The notes below the pieces were generated by a model. It was not told the DNA's origin. It searched no databases and saw nothing but the letters and a program-made list of their open reading frames with translations. A stretch of 64,000 bases of DNA from a virus (taxonomy: Duplodnaviria; Heunggongvirae; Uroviricota; Caudoviricetes). The stretch spans positions 275,550 through 339,549 of the IMG/VR virus record IMGVR_UViG_3300020045_006153, one strand, 5' to 3'. A program made the translations under genes and the position numbers. This document shows, one piece after another, positions 32,003-41,782 of this stretch (position 1 is its first letter; the number at the start of each line of letters is the position of its first letter).

Positions 32003-33007
32003 ATGGCAACTTTAGCAGAAATCAGAGCAAAGCTTCAAGCATCATCTCAGCAAAACACCGGCGGCTCGGCAGGTGGAGACAACGCAATTTACCCCCACTG
32101 GAATATCGCAGAAGGACAAACCGCTACATTACGCTTCGTACCAGATGCAGATCCAAACAACACCTTTTTCTGGATTGAACGTGCAATGATCAAATTGCCT
32201 TTCGCAGGTGTTAAGGGCGAAGCAAATTCCAAACCCGTTACTGTGCAAGTACCTTGTATGGAGATGTGGAATGAAACATGTCCTGTTCTTACAGAAGTAC
32301 GTCCTTGGTTCAAGGATAAATCTTTAGAAGAGATGGGTCGTAAATACTGGAAGAAAAAGTCTTATCTTTTCCAAGGCTTTGTTGTTGACAGTGCTTACAA
32401 GGAAGATGGAAAAGTTCCAGAAAATCCAATCCGCCGTTTTATTATCGGCTCTCAAATTTTCAACATTATCAAAGCAGCATTGCTTGATCCTGATATGGAA
32501 GAGTTGCCAACAGATTATGTCCGTGGTGTTGACTTCAAGGTAGTTAAAACAAGCAAAGGTGGATATGCTGATTACTCTACTTCGCAATGGGCTCGTCGTG
32601 AACGTGCACTTAGTGAAGATGAATTGGCAGGTGTTCAACAATATACGCCATTTGACTTGAAGAGTTTCTTGCCTAAAAAGCCAGGAGAAGTTGAACTTAA
32701 GGTTATCAAGGAAATGTTTGAAGCGTCTGTCGACGGCGAAGCATTTGATATGGAACGTTGGGGTCAATACTACAAGCCAGGTGGATCTTATACACCTGCA
32801 GGCGGAGCGGCAACTCCTGCAACTCCAGCAGCAACTCGTCCTGCTCCGGTAGCAGCAGCGCGTCCGGCACCTGCCGATGATGAAGATATGGGCAATGCAG
32901 TAGATAAAGCCGAAGAATCTTTTGCAGCACCAGCAGAAGCAGCACCAGCAGCAGCAAGCTCACGTGCACAAGACATTCTTGCAGCAATCCGTAGTCGTAA
33001 CAAGTAA
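32003..33007 (+). CDS. Single-stranded DNA binding protein (gp32-like)
   Basis: LRFVPD, C...CP, YWKKKSY, GVDFKVVKTSKGGYADYSTS, acidic Ala/Pro tail. Confidence 0.9.
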   Translation: MATLAEIRAKLQASSQQNTGGSAGGDNAIYPHWNIAEGQTATLRFVPDADPNNTFFWIERAMIKLPFAGVKGEANSKPVTVQVPCMEMWNETCPVLTEVRPWFKDKSLEEMGRKYWKKKSYLFQGFVVDSAYKEDGKVPENPIRRFIIGSQIFNIIKAALLDPDMEELPTDYVRGVDFKVVKTSKGGYADYSTSQWARRERALSEDELAGVQQYTPFDLKSFLPKKPGEVELKVIKEMFEASVDGEAFDMERWGQYYKPGGSYTPAGGAATPATPAATRPAPVAAARPAPADDEDMGNAVDKAEESFAAPAEAAPAAASSRAQDILAAIRSRNK

Positions 33008-33015
33008 TTAAAGAA

Positions 33016-33046
33016 GATAGGGAGAGAAATTTCCCTATCTCTTTTT
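33016..33046 (+). terminator. Intrinsic terminator
   Basis: gataggga...tccctatc-tctttt. Confidence 0.7.
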
Positions 33047-33077
33047 AGCACCATCACGATTATAAAAAGGAAATAAA

Positions 33078-34136
33078 ATGGCAAAATCATTTGATATTAG
33101 TAAGTTTAGGAAGTCAATCACAAAGAGTATTGATGGGTTGGGCATTGGATTCAACGACCCAACTGATTGGGTGAGCACGGGTAACTATGCATTAAATTAT
33201 CTCATTAGTGGATCTTTTGGTAAAGGCATTCCGCTCGGCAAAGTTACAGTATTTGCCGGAGAAAGTGGCGCAGGCAAATCGTATATCTGTTCAGGTAACT
33301 TAATTCGTAATGCACAAGAACAAGGTATTTTTGTTATCTTAGTTGATAGTGAAAATGCGCTTGATGAAAAGTGGCTTATTGATTTAGGAGTTGACACAAG
33401 TGCAGAAAAGTTGTTAAAACTTAATGTAGCAATGATCGACGACGTAGCAAGAACTATCTCTGAGTTCATGAAAGAATATAAAACAATGGATTCGGAAGAC
33501 CGGCCTAAGATTTTATTTGTAATTGACTCATTAGGTATGTTGCTTACTCCGACTGATGTAAATCAATTCGAAGCAGGTGAAATGAAGGGCGATATGGGTC
33601 GTAAGCCAAAGGCACTAACTTCGTTAGTTCGCAATTGCGTTAACATGTTTGGATCATATAATGTTGGCATGGTATGCACTAATCACACCTATGCATCACA
33701 AGATATGTTTGACCCGGATGACAAAATTAGTGGCGGTCAAGGATTTATCTATGCATCTTCTATTGTAGTTGCTATGCGTAAATTAAAACTTAAGACTGAC
33801 GCCGACGGTAACAAGACTACAACAGTGAATGGTATTCGTGCTGCATGTAAGATTATGAAAACTCGATATGCAAAACCATTCGAAAGCGTCCAAGTAGAAA
33901 TTCCATACTCGACTGGAATGAGTCCGTTTAGTGGATTAGTTGACCTTGCAGAAGCAAAAGGATTACTAAAGAAAGAAGGAAACAGTCTTGTTTATACTAC
34001 TCACGATGGCGAAATTATTAAACAATTTCGCAAGGCATGGGAACGTAATGAGAAAGATGGATTAACTATTATGATGGCAGAATGGACCGATGTCGATGTA
34101 AGTCAGATAACTAATGAAGCCATTACTGAGGAGTAA
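33078..34136 (+). CDS. uvsX: RecA-family recombinase
   Basis: AGESGAGKS, DSENA, VIDSLG, NHTY, SGG.G..YASS. Confidence 0.93.
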   Translation: MAKSFDISKFRKSITKSIDGLGIGFNDPTDWVSTGNYALNYLISGSFGKGIPLGKVTVFAGESGAGKSYICSGNLIRNAQEQGIFVILVDSENALDEKWLIDLGVDTSAEKLLKLNVAMIDDVARTISEFMKEYKTMDSEDRPKILFVIDSLGMLLTPTDVNQFEAGEMKGDMGRKPKALTSLVRNCVNMFGSYNVGMVCTNHTYASQDMFDPDDKISGGQGFIYASSIVVAMRKLKLKTDADGNKTTTVNGIRAACKIMKTRYAKPFESVQVEIPYSTGMSPFSGLVDLAEAKGLLKKEGNSLVYTTHDGEIIKQFRKAWERNEKDGLTIMMAEWTDVDVSQITNEAITEE

Positions 34137-34141
34137 TAAAA

Positions 34142-34399
34142 ATGGAAGATAGTTTAATTATGGAAATGTGGGATTTATTCATTGAATATATTCCGGAAAA
34201 AAACAGAGAACTAGCAGCAAGCCAATATGTAGAGTTTTTACTTGGCCAAGGATTTGAAATAGATACGTTGGAAGGGTTTATGGGATATGATCCACATATG
34301 GACTCTGCTATTAAGATTGTCGTAGATGCTGAAAAAGTCGATGACGATTATGATGACGGAGAGAACGAAGCAGGATACGACGAAGAAGAGGATTATTAA
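34142..34399 (+). CDS. Small acidic hypothetical protein
   Basis: SD gaggag; coupled ORF. Confidence 0.65.
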   Translation: MEDSLIMEMWDLFIEYIPEKNRELAASQYVEFLLGQGFEIDTLEGFMGYDPHMDSAIKIVVDAEKVDDDYDDGENEAGYDEEEDY

Positions 34400-34857
34400 T
34401 GTCAATCTGGTATGCCAAAGTTAGCAACAGTCTTGCAAATTTGCCTGGATGTATTGACTATTTTTATAGTGAATTAAATGAGGCAAAGAAAGAAGTTAAG
34501 ATATACGGTAGTATAGAAAAAGCAGCAGCGGCATTACCTGGTATTGTTGAGCAACGGTTTAATCAACTTCAAGAAATTGAAGCAGTATTAGAATTCTTAA
34601 ACATTCAACTTCGTAAACTTCGTTCTAAATTATTTAAGAAATATCTTGAAAATTATGCTCGTGCTCTTAGTTCACGGGACGTAGAAAAATATGTTGACGG
34701 TGAGGAAGAAGTTGTTGACATGGAATTGTTAATTAACGAATTTGCATTACTTAGAAATCAATGGCTTGGTATTATTAAAGCAATCGACCAAAAGCAATGG
34801 CAAATGACAAATATTGTTAAACTTAGAGCAGCAGGCCTAGAAGATGTTAGCATTTAA
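34399..34857 (+). CDS. uvsY: Recombination mediator UvsY-like
   Basis: Coiled-coil, DVEKYVDGE, KAIDQKQWQMTNIVKL; between uvsX and uvsW. Confidence 0.7.
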   Translation: MSIWYAKVSNSLANLPGCIDYFYSELNEAKKEVKIYGSIEKAAAALPGIVEQRFNQLQEIEAVLEFLNIQLRKLRSKLFKKYLENYARALSSRDVEKYVDGEEEVVDMELLINEFALLRNQWLGIIKAIDQKQWQMTNIVKLRAAGLEDVSI

Positions 34858-34883
34858 AATAAGGGCTTAGGCCCTTATTTTTA
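34858..34883 (+). terminator. Intrinsic terminator
   Basis: aataagggc-ttag-gcccttatt-tttt. Confidence 0.7.
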
Positions 34884-34893
34884 TTAAAATATT

Positions 34894-36069
34894 ATGCATA
34901 TAGAAAATATAATTAGCCAATTAGCATGGGCAATATCTCTTGCAAAACCGGATACGAGTATTGTTAATAGTATGTCGGATCAAGTGCAAGCAGGCCGTGG
35001 ATTTACAGAAAAACAACGTACATTAGCGTTGAGTTTAGTGTATAAGTATAGAGTAAAATTATCTGAATTATTAAAACTTGATATTCAACAGTTGCTACTT
35101 GCACCGACATTTAAGTATCCAGTACGCACTATTCAATATGCAAAGAGTATATCAGTTGTTGAAAAACTTTCAACAAAGGTTTTTGCAGCACAATTTCCAT
35201 ATAATGCAGAATTAGTTGACTCTATAAAACTATATAAAAATAGTAATCCTAAGTTTATATCTGGCGATATTGCATGGAATGGCGAATCTCGTGTATGGGA
35301 ATTTGGGTATAATGAGCCAAACATTTTATTTCTTGCAGGTCTATTAGATCAAGGATTTACTTGTGATGATGCATTTGCTGAATTAGCAGAAATGGCATTA
35401 ATAATCGAACACGACATAGAAAAACATATACCGATGCTAGTTGTCGAAGGCGGCAAGTTTTTGTATAAAAATACTATAAACTCTATTCCTCAGCCGACGT
35501 CGACTAATTTAGTTGAAGTATTGTTAGCAGCAAGGCAGTATGGCATTACTTGTTGGGATGACAATATTGAAAATATAATCGAATCTACCGGAATTAATAA
35601 TGTAATTAAGACATTGCTTTCGTCTACTACCTGTTGTCCAGTAGTTGTTGAGAATTCAACAATGCACGATATAAAAGATGCAATTCTTTATAGTAAAACC
35701 GTGTTATTTGTAATTCCTGGAGGAACTGAACAATTACATTTGTCCAATGCTCATACCTTCTTAAATCGATTATGTTATACTAATGAACAGATATCAGTGA
35801 TGTTTAGACTTGATAGTAGTTCAGGTAAAATGTGTAATGAATATATAAAAACACACAAACTCAATAATAGTATTAGTGATGATACTAAATTTGTATTTGT
35901 AAGTGGTAAAATACCAAAGCCGTTAATTGAAGCAAACAAACGGTTTGATTTAGTGGTACATTTTGGTACTAACTCTGCTCATTATACATTGAAGAATTTT
36001 ATTAAGAATCATCATAATGTGATTAGCATAAACATGCTTGAAAGTGAACCGGAGTTAAAATTTGTCTAG
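34894..36069 (+). CDS. Hypothetical protein
   Basis: 391-aa ORF overlapping the uvsW start. Confidence 0.65.
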   Translation: MHIENIISQLAWAISLAKPDTSIVNSMSDQVQAGRGFTEKQRTLALSLVYKYRVKLSELLKLDIQQLLLAPTFKYPVRTIQYAKSISVVEKLSTKVFAAQFPYNAELVDSIKLYKNSNPKFISGDIAWNGESRVWEFGYNEPNILFLAGLLDQGFTCDDAFAELAEMALIIEHDIEKHIPMLVVEGGKFLYKNTINSIPQPTSTNLVEVLLAARQYGITCWDDNIENIIESTGINNVIKTLLSSTTCCPVVVENSTMHDIKDAILYSKTVLFVIPGGTEQLHLSNAHTFLNRLCYTNEQISVMFRLDSSSGKMCNEYIKTHKLNNSISDDTKFVFVSGKIPKPLIEANKRFDLVVHFGTNSAHYTLKNFIKNHHNVISINMLESEPELKFV

Positions 36070-37552
36070 TTGTAGAATTGTTATTAAAGATGAAGTGAAT
36101 GTAAAAATTGAGAACTTAGATCTTGATACTCGTAAGGCGTTGGTTAAAAAATTCAAATATGAAGATCCGACTGCACGATATCGTCCATCTTTTAAATTAG
36201 GCCGATGGGATGGTGCAGTTAGTTTCTTTGGTCTTGGAGGAACAACATATCTTTATTTGTTACCTCAGATCCTTGAGTTCTTAGAAGGTCGTAACTATTA
36301 TATCGAAGTAGAAGACGAAAGAGTAAGTCCTCCCCTTGAATTTGAAAAAGTAACAGAAGAATTTTGGGGAGACCAAACTTGGCCAGCAGGACACTTATAT
36401 GCCGGCCAAAAAATCAGACTGCGGGACGATCAAGTTGAGGTTGTTAATAAATTCCTTGAAAATCCCCAATGTATACAGGAGATTGCAACAGGGTTTGGTA
36501 AGACAATTACTACTGCTACATTATCAAAGATATGTGAAAAGTATGGACGAACAATTACTATTGTTCCGAATAAGTCGTTAGTTGAACAAACTGAGGAAGA
36601 TTTTATTAATTGTCAGTTAGATGTTGGAGTGTATTATGGTGATCGCAAGGATTTAAATAAAACACATACTATTTGTACTTGGCAAAGTTTAAACATATTA
36701 GATAAAAAATCTAAAGATGAAGATGCTGATTTATTAATCAGCCTTGCTGAATTTTTAGATGGTGTACAAACTGTAATGGTCGATGAAGTGCATATGGCTA
36801 AAGCAGATGTTCTAAAGAAATTACTAACACAGAATCTAAATCATGCAGCAATTCGTTGGGGATTAACTGGGACGATTCCAAAAGCCGAGATTGATCAACT
36901 TAATATTAAAGTATCATTAGGTGAAGTAGTTCATCAAGTTAAGGCACACGAATTGCAAGAAAAAGGCGTGCTCAGTAATTGCCATGTAAATATTGTGCAA
37001 ACAGCAGAGCATAAAGAGTTTGGTTCATATGCTGAAGAACTAAAGTTCCTTGTAACTAACAAAGAACGCGTTGAATACATGTCTACATTAATTGCTGAGA
37101 TTGCAAAAACAGGCAATACATTAGTCTTAGTTGATAGAATCGAAACTGGTAAATTGTTACAAACTTATTTGAGTAGCGTAACCAGTTTAATGACAAATAA
37201 GCCGGACGTTGCATTCATATCTGGAGCAGTTAAGACAACTGATAGAAAAGAAGAGTATGACGAAATTAAAACTTCAACTAATAAAATTATCATCGCTACG
37301 TACGGTGTTGCAGCCGTGGGTATTAACATTCCTCGCATTTTCAATATGGTTCTTATCGAACCTGGGAAAAGTTTTGTAAGAGTTATTCAAAGTATTGGTC
37401 GTGGAATTCGTAAAGCAGATGACAAAGATTTTGTCCAAATATGGGACTTAACAGCAGCAACTAAGTATGCTAAAAAACACTTAACGGAAAGAAAACGCTT
37501 CTATAAAGATGCGCACTATCCATTTACAATAGACAAAGTCAAATATCAATAA
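36062..37552 (+). CDS. uvsW: SF2 DNA helicase
   Basis: LRDDQ, ATGFGKT, VDEVH, GLTGT, QSIGRGIR. Confidence 0.92.
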   Translation: MSSCRIVIKDEVNVKIENLDLDTRKALVKKFKYEDPTARYRPSFKLGRWDGAVSFFGLGGTTYLYLLPQILEFLEGRNYYIEVEDERVSPPLEFEKVTEEFWGDQTWPAGHLYAGQKIRLRDDQVEVVNKFLENPQCIQEIATGFGKTITTATLSKICEKYGRTITIVPNKSLVEQTEEDFINCQLDVGVYYGDRKDLNKTHTICTWQSLNILDKKSKDEDADLLISLAEFLDGVQTVMVDEVHMAKADVLKKLLTQNLNHAAIRWGLTGTIPKAEIDQLNIKVSLGEVVHQVKAHELQEKGVLSNCHVNIVQTAEHKEFGSYAEELKFLVTNKERVEYMSTLIAEIAKTGNTLVLVDRIETGKLLQTYLSSVTSLMTNKPDVAFISGAVKTTDRKEEYDEIKTSTNKIIIATYGVAAVGINIPRIFNMVLIEPGKSFVRVIQSIGRGIRKADDKDFVQIWDLTAATKYAKKHLTERKRFYKDAHYPFTIDKVKYQ

Positions 37553-37566
37553 TTAGGAGAATAAAA

Positions 37567-38070
37567 ATTCAAATTTTAACTTTAGAAAATAAAACGTTCT
37601 ATCTCAATGATCTTCCAGAAGAGGTCGATGATGATTTACGTTTCTCTGTGCTAGACAATAGTGATCCAAACAATCCGGACTACTTTTATATTCCGTTAAT
37701 TTTTCTTGAATCATTTACCTGTCCAGCAGCAGTACTACAAATCGGACCATATGAAATTACGATGCCACTTGATTGGTGTGCAGTAGTAGGTGATCCTGAA
37801 GGTCCGGATATGGAAGTATTGCCAATTACAAGTTTAAACGATCGAGGGTTTAGGACATTTTGTTTTAATCCATTAAGTTCGTTTAGACCAGAATTTTATG
37901 ACATTGATATTGTGAACATATATCAAGATGTTAAATGGTATTTTCCAAAAATGAAGCCAGGACAGTTACTCACTACGCCGCTTCATGCAGGTGAAAAACC
38001 AGTGTGTTCATTTTTTGTTAAAGAAGTTAGTAGACAAAGCGAGTTGTTAGACTACACTAAATGTTGGTAA
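37567..38070 (+). CDS. Hypothetical protein, probable ATT start
   Basis: SD AGGAGA at 37555-37560, 6 nt before an in-frame ATT; frame open to GTG 37648. Confidence 0.6.
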   Translation: MQILTLENKTFYLNDLPEEVDDDLRFSVLDNSDPNNPDYFYIPLIFLESFTCPAAVLQIGPYEITMPLDWCAVVGDPEGPDMEVLPITSLNDRGFRTFCFNPLSSFRPEFYDIDIVNIYQDVKWYFPKMKPGQLLTTPLHAGEKPVCSFFVKEVSRQSELLDYTKCW

Positions 38071-38086
38071 AATAAAGGAGAATAAT

Positions 38087-38353
38087 ATGGGAAAACTTAC
38101 ACCGGGCATTACGCTTATATACGAAAGTCCAGATAAAGGCGAGACAGTTTATGCTAGAGAAGCAGGCACTGATAAAAAGACATTAGTTGGATATAATTTT
38201 CCGAGAGATAAATCAGTTCAACTCACACACGCTAAGTTATGGGCAGATATACATGAAGCAGCACTGACAAATGCAGAGTTGCAAAATTTGTTGCAAATGT
38301 GTATAATTGTATATAACACAATTAAATCACCTGTCTTACACCATCCTGTATAA
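38087..38353 (+). CDS. Hypothetical protein
   Basis: SD aaggaga; YESPDKGETVYAR. Confidence 0.7.
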   Translation: MGKLTPGITLIYESPDKGETVYAREAGTDKKTLVGYNFPRDKSVQLTHAKLWADIHEAALTNAELQNLLQMCIIVYNTIKSPVLHHPV

Positions 38354-38355
38354 AA

Positions 38356-38820
38356 ATGGCAACCGCAAAACTTGATATCAAAAGAGAATTAGAAGCAGTA
38401 GATACTCGTAATTACGAGTTTTACGATAATTTAACCGATGACGAACGTAAAGTATTCAGTCCGTATATTCTAATGAGATATACTTCAAATGTTCAAGGCG
38501 ACCGCGATATTCAAGAATGGTTTGTTGAAATGACCAATGAACTTGTAAACAAAGATCATTGGTCATTGAGTAAGGAACACAAAGCACTATTATGGAAATT
38601 ATTTGCAGGTACAGGTGCGGGAGTAAAATGTTATCATCCGTATCTTGCAGCAGGTAAAAAAGAAAAAGCAAATAAGATTGAAAAATTATTATGTGAACTT
38701 AATCCGGCTATGAAAATGGAAGATATTAAATATCTAGCAAGTATAATGGACAAGAAAGACATAACTAACTTATTTGATAGTTTAGGTTTTGATAAAAAGC
38801 AACGTAAAGATTATGAATAA
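38356..38820 (+). CDS. Clamp loader small subunit (gp62-like)
   Basis: FSPYILMRY...NELVN...; replication context. Confidence 0.6.
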   Translation: MATAKLDIKRELEAVDTRNYEFYDNLTDDERKVFSPYILMRYTSNVQGDRDIQEWFVEMTNELVNKDHWSLSKEHKALLWKLFAGTGAGVKCYHPYLAAGKKEKANKIEKLLCELNPAMKMEDIKYLASIMDKKDITNLFDSLGFDKKQRKDYE

Positions 38821-39010
38821 TGAGTATACATCTACCTCTGACTTTAGTATAAGTTGGACAACAGTTAATTGTGAATTTAACTCATTTAAGGATGTGTACG
38901 ATTTTTGCAAATTAAATTGCAGAGATATGTTTGCTATTGACAATTTGCAGCACCAATTGCGATTTAAAGACGAACGAGATGCTACTTTATTTTCTTTAAA
39001 ATGGAAATAA
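38813..39010 (+). CDS. Small hypothetical protein
   Basis: FKDERDATLFSLKW C-terminus, recurrent in large phages. Confidence 0.55.
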   Translation: MNNEYTSTSDFSISWTTVNCEFNSFKDVYDFCKLNCRDMFAIDNLQHQLRFKDERDATLFSLKWK

Positions 39011-39012
39011 TA

Positions 39013-39228
39013 ATGAAAGATAAACTAGGCAATTCCTTTCATATAGGATGCAAAGTAGTACGGGCTATTACAGATGGACATCTTGCAATATGCGAAGTAA
39101 CACAAATAATAGGCGAGAGTTTGTATTTAGATCACAGTAAACAACCTATTAAATTCCCAAGTCGGTTGTTAATTATAGAACAAGATCCGCTGTATAAATT
39201 AGTAAAGAATTACAAACCAAATGATTGA
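39013..39228 (+). CDS. Small hypothetical protein
   Basis: MKDKLGN..HIGCKV SH3/KOW-like start. Confidence 0.55.
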   Translation: MKDKLGNSFHIGCKVVRAITDGHLAICEVTQIIGESLYLDHSKQPIKFPSRLLIIEQDPLYKLVKNYKPND

Positions 39229-39916
39229 TTTAGTTGACCAACCGTATACGTGTGTACACTGTAAGAAGAGTTTTATGAAAAATAAAACTCTTATTTCTCA
39301 TATGTGCGAAGGCAAGAGACGTGCTTTACAAAAAGATGAGAAAAGAGTACAGACTGGAATGGTTGCATTTAATCGATTTTACATCCTTACACAATTTGCT
39401 AAGAAAAATAAAACGTACGAAGAATTTTGCAAGAGTTCATATTACAACGCATTTGTAAAATTCGGTTCGTTTATTAACAACGTAAATCCGTTGTATCCAG
39501 ATAAGTTTGTTGACTACGTGATTAAGAGCGGTGTTAAATTAGATGACTGGTGCAAAGATTCATTGTATGAAAAGTATTTGTACGAAATGATTAAAACTGA
39601 GCCAGTTGAAAGTGCAGTACAACGATCATTACAAAATATGATGGACTGGGCAGATTCTAACAATGCACAATTTAATCACTATTTTAATTATGTAAATCCA
39701 AATAGAGCAGTACAGGATATTCGCAATGGAAAAATCACTCCGTGGTTAATTTTAAATTGCAAGAGCGGTAAAAAAATGCTAAATGAGTTCAGCGATGAAC
39801 AGTTGGACATGATTGCACCTGCGTTAGATATGCAATACTGGTTAAAGAAATTTAAACAAATACCGGCAGATACTATTCTAGTTAAAGAAATATGTAAAGA
39901 GGCTAGTATAACATGA
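39221..39916 (+). CDS. Protein with N-terminal C2H2/C2HC Zn finger
   Basis: YTCVHCKKSF...LISHMC; ATGA-coupled to the mini-DnaE. Confidence 0.7.
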   Translation: MIDLVDQPYTCVHCKKSFMKNKTLISHMCEGKRRALQKDEKRVQTGMVAFNRFYILTQFAKKNKTYEEFCKSSYYNAFVKFGSFINNVNPLYPDKFVDYVIKSGVKLDDWCKDSLYEKYLYEMIKTEPVESAVQRSLQNMMDWADSNNAQFNHYFNYVNPNRAVQDIRNGKITPWLILNCKSGKKMLNEFSDEQLDMIAPALDMQYWLKKFKQIPADTILVKEICKEASIT

Positions 39917-40509
39917 AAGTTCAAGGAGATGTAGATATTGATTTTGCAAATAGGGATGATTTATTATCCTTAATTCCACACGTAGTTGCGAGTAGATATG
40001 AAAAAGGCGAATTAAAGAAACACAATTCTGGAATTTATTTACAGAATATTCCGAAAAATCCATTAACTGGAATTTGCTCTATTGATTACGAAGCAGCAGC
40101 AGCACGGGGATATTTTAAAATTGATTTCTTAAATGTATCTGCATATCAAGGAATTAGAAATGAAAAGCATATTGAACAATTGCTTTCTATAGATCCTATA
40201 TGGGAATTATTATATGAAAAAGATATATGTGACCAATTAGTGCATGTAAATGGATACAATCAATTACTATCTAAATTGAGACCTGCCAGCATAGAAGAAC
40301 TAGCAATTGTACTGGCGTTGATTAGACCGGGAAAAAAGCATTTACTTAGTAAATGTTTAGAAGCCGGATATACTAGTATTAATGACGAAATATGGACTAA
40401 ACCAGAAGATAACAGTTATTACTTTAAAAAATCACATGCTACTTCTTATGCACATTTAATTGTTATGCAACTAAATAAAATTTGTGAAACGGTTAGCGCA
40501 TCTTCTTAA
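39913..40509 (+). CDS. Miniature DNA polymerase III alpha (DnaE)-like palm protein
   Basis: DVDIDF, KHNSGIY, FKIDFLNV, LALIRPG and FKKSHATSYA in canonical order within 198 aa. Confidence 0.8.
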   Translation: MKVQGDVDIDFANRDDLLSLIPHVVASRYEKGELKKHNSGIYLQNIPKNPLTGICSIDYEAAAARGYFKIDFLNVSAYQGIRNEKHIEQLLSIDPIWELLYEKDICDQLVHVNGYNQLLSKLRPASIEELAIVLALIRPGKKHLLSKCLEAGYTSINDEIWTKPEDNSYYFKKSHATSYAHLIVMQLNKICETVSASS

Positions 40510-40873
40510 CGTTTTTAACCAATTGAATTGATTTACGTTTAACCCTCTTCTCGGCTATTTCACTTAGATTAACAATAGGACCAAATACAATTTCTATATC
40601 TTTAGAATTAAATGTTTTTATGTATCCCCTATAAGGAATCATATCAGATTTTAAAAATATATTGATTGGAATTTTTCTATTGCTTTCCCACCACCATACA
40701 TCGCCTGCTTCTAAAAAGGCTTGTTTTTCCACCTCGGTTTTGATTACAGCGAAGTCATAGATGCTGGCTACGTTGTTGTCAAAGTTTATGATGATGCCTA
40801 TATATTCGATCTCGTTAGATTTAATACATGTCATAAACGGAAAATTCTTCTGAAAGTTGTCTTTTGTTGTCAT
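40493..40873 (-). CDS. Hypothetical protein
   Basis: WWWESNRKIPINIFL; intact ORF. Confidence 0.7.
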   Translation of the reverse strand: MTTKDNFQKNFPFMTCIKSNEIEYIGIIINFDNNVASIYDFAVIKTEVEKQAFLEAGDVWWWESNRKIPINIFLKSDMIPYRGYIKTFNSKDIEIVFGPIVNLSEIAEKRVKRKSIQLVKNVKKMR

Positions 40874-40894
40874 TGATTACGGTAAATACATATT

Positions 40895-41773
40895 ATGAAA
40901 ATACCAGTTTATTTATATACCAATTCCTTCGAAGTTATATTGGATCTGGATAATAACAATAGGATAGTACAGATTATGTATCAACGAGACCTTACTTTAC
41001 AAAAAGGCGTCAAGAATAGAGTTCAATTACAGTTTAAAAACAGTGATCAGAAACTGTTGAATGTTTCTACATCAAGTTTTGTCTTTATATTATTTGATAC
41101 AGTTAACCAACGCAATATAGTTGAAAAGGATGTAACTATCCTTGATACCGGCTCCACTTCAACAACTTATGCAAGTAAAGGGCTTGGAGAAGTAGTGTTC
41201 TCTGAGAGTGACCTAGACTCGTGTGATACTGTGTATTATAAATTTGGTGTAAAAGCAATGGATACAGATGGTAGTTATGTTCCTACTTACGCAAATACGT
41301 ATTACGGAATAAGCGGTACACTTGAAGTTAAACATGATTTATATCCTACATTAATTCCTAGTCAAGAAATTACAAAATTCAGTACATACTACAATGCTGA
41401 TGTAGTAGCACAGCAATACGAATATTATTCAGGTAATCTAAATGCAAAACCTGAATTTAACTCAAATACTGCATTACACACTGTAGCAGTTTATATGAAA
41501 AAATTTCGAGGACGAGTACTAATCGAAGGAACATTAGAAAATGATCCGTCGTCTTTTGGTAACTATGCAACAATTAGCGATATCACATATAATCAGTTTA
41601 CCGGAATTGATTATACTAACTTTAATGGTGTATTTTCAAAAATACGTATTCGATATATTCCTGCAAAAGAACCAGTTTATCAAAGTAACGATATTAATGC
41701 ATCAGATCTAACAACAAGAGCAGCGATCCGTGCATATGCCGGATCTGTAGACAAAGCATATTACAGAAGTTAA
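40895..41773 (+). CDS. Hypothetical, probably late/virion beta-rich protein
   Basis: TAAATA directly upstream; beta-strand-rich composition. Confidence 0.55.
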   Translation: MKIPVYLYTNSFEVILDLDNNNRIVQIMYQRDLTLQKGVKNRVQLQFKNSDQKLLNVSTSSFVFILFDTVNQRNIVEKDVTILDTGSTSTTYASKGLGEVVFSESDLDSCDTVYYKFGVKAMDTDGSYVPTYANTYYGISGTLEVKHDLYPTLIPSQEITKFSTYYNADVVAQQYEYYSGNLNAKPEFNSNTALHTVAVYMKKFRGRVLIEGTLENDPSSFGNYATISDITYNQFTGIDYTNFNGVFSKIRIRYIPAKEPVYQSNDINASDLTTRAAIRAYAGSVDKAYYRS

Positions 41774-41782
41774 ACTATATGT

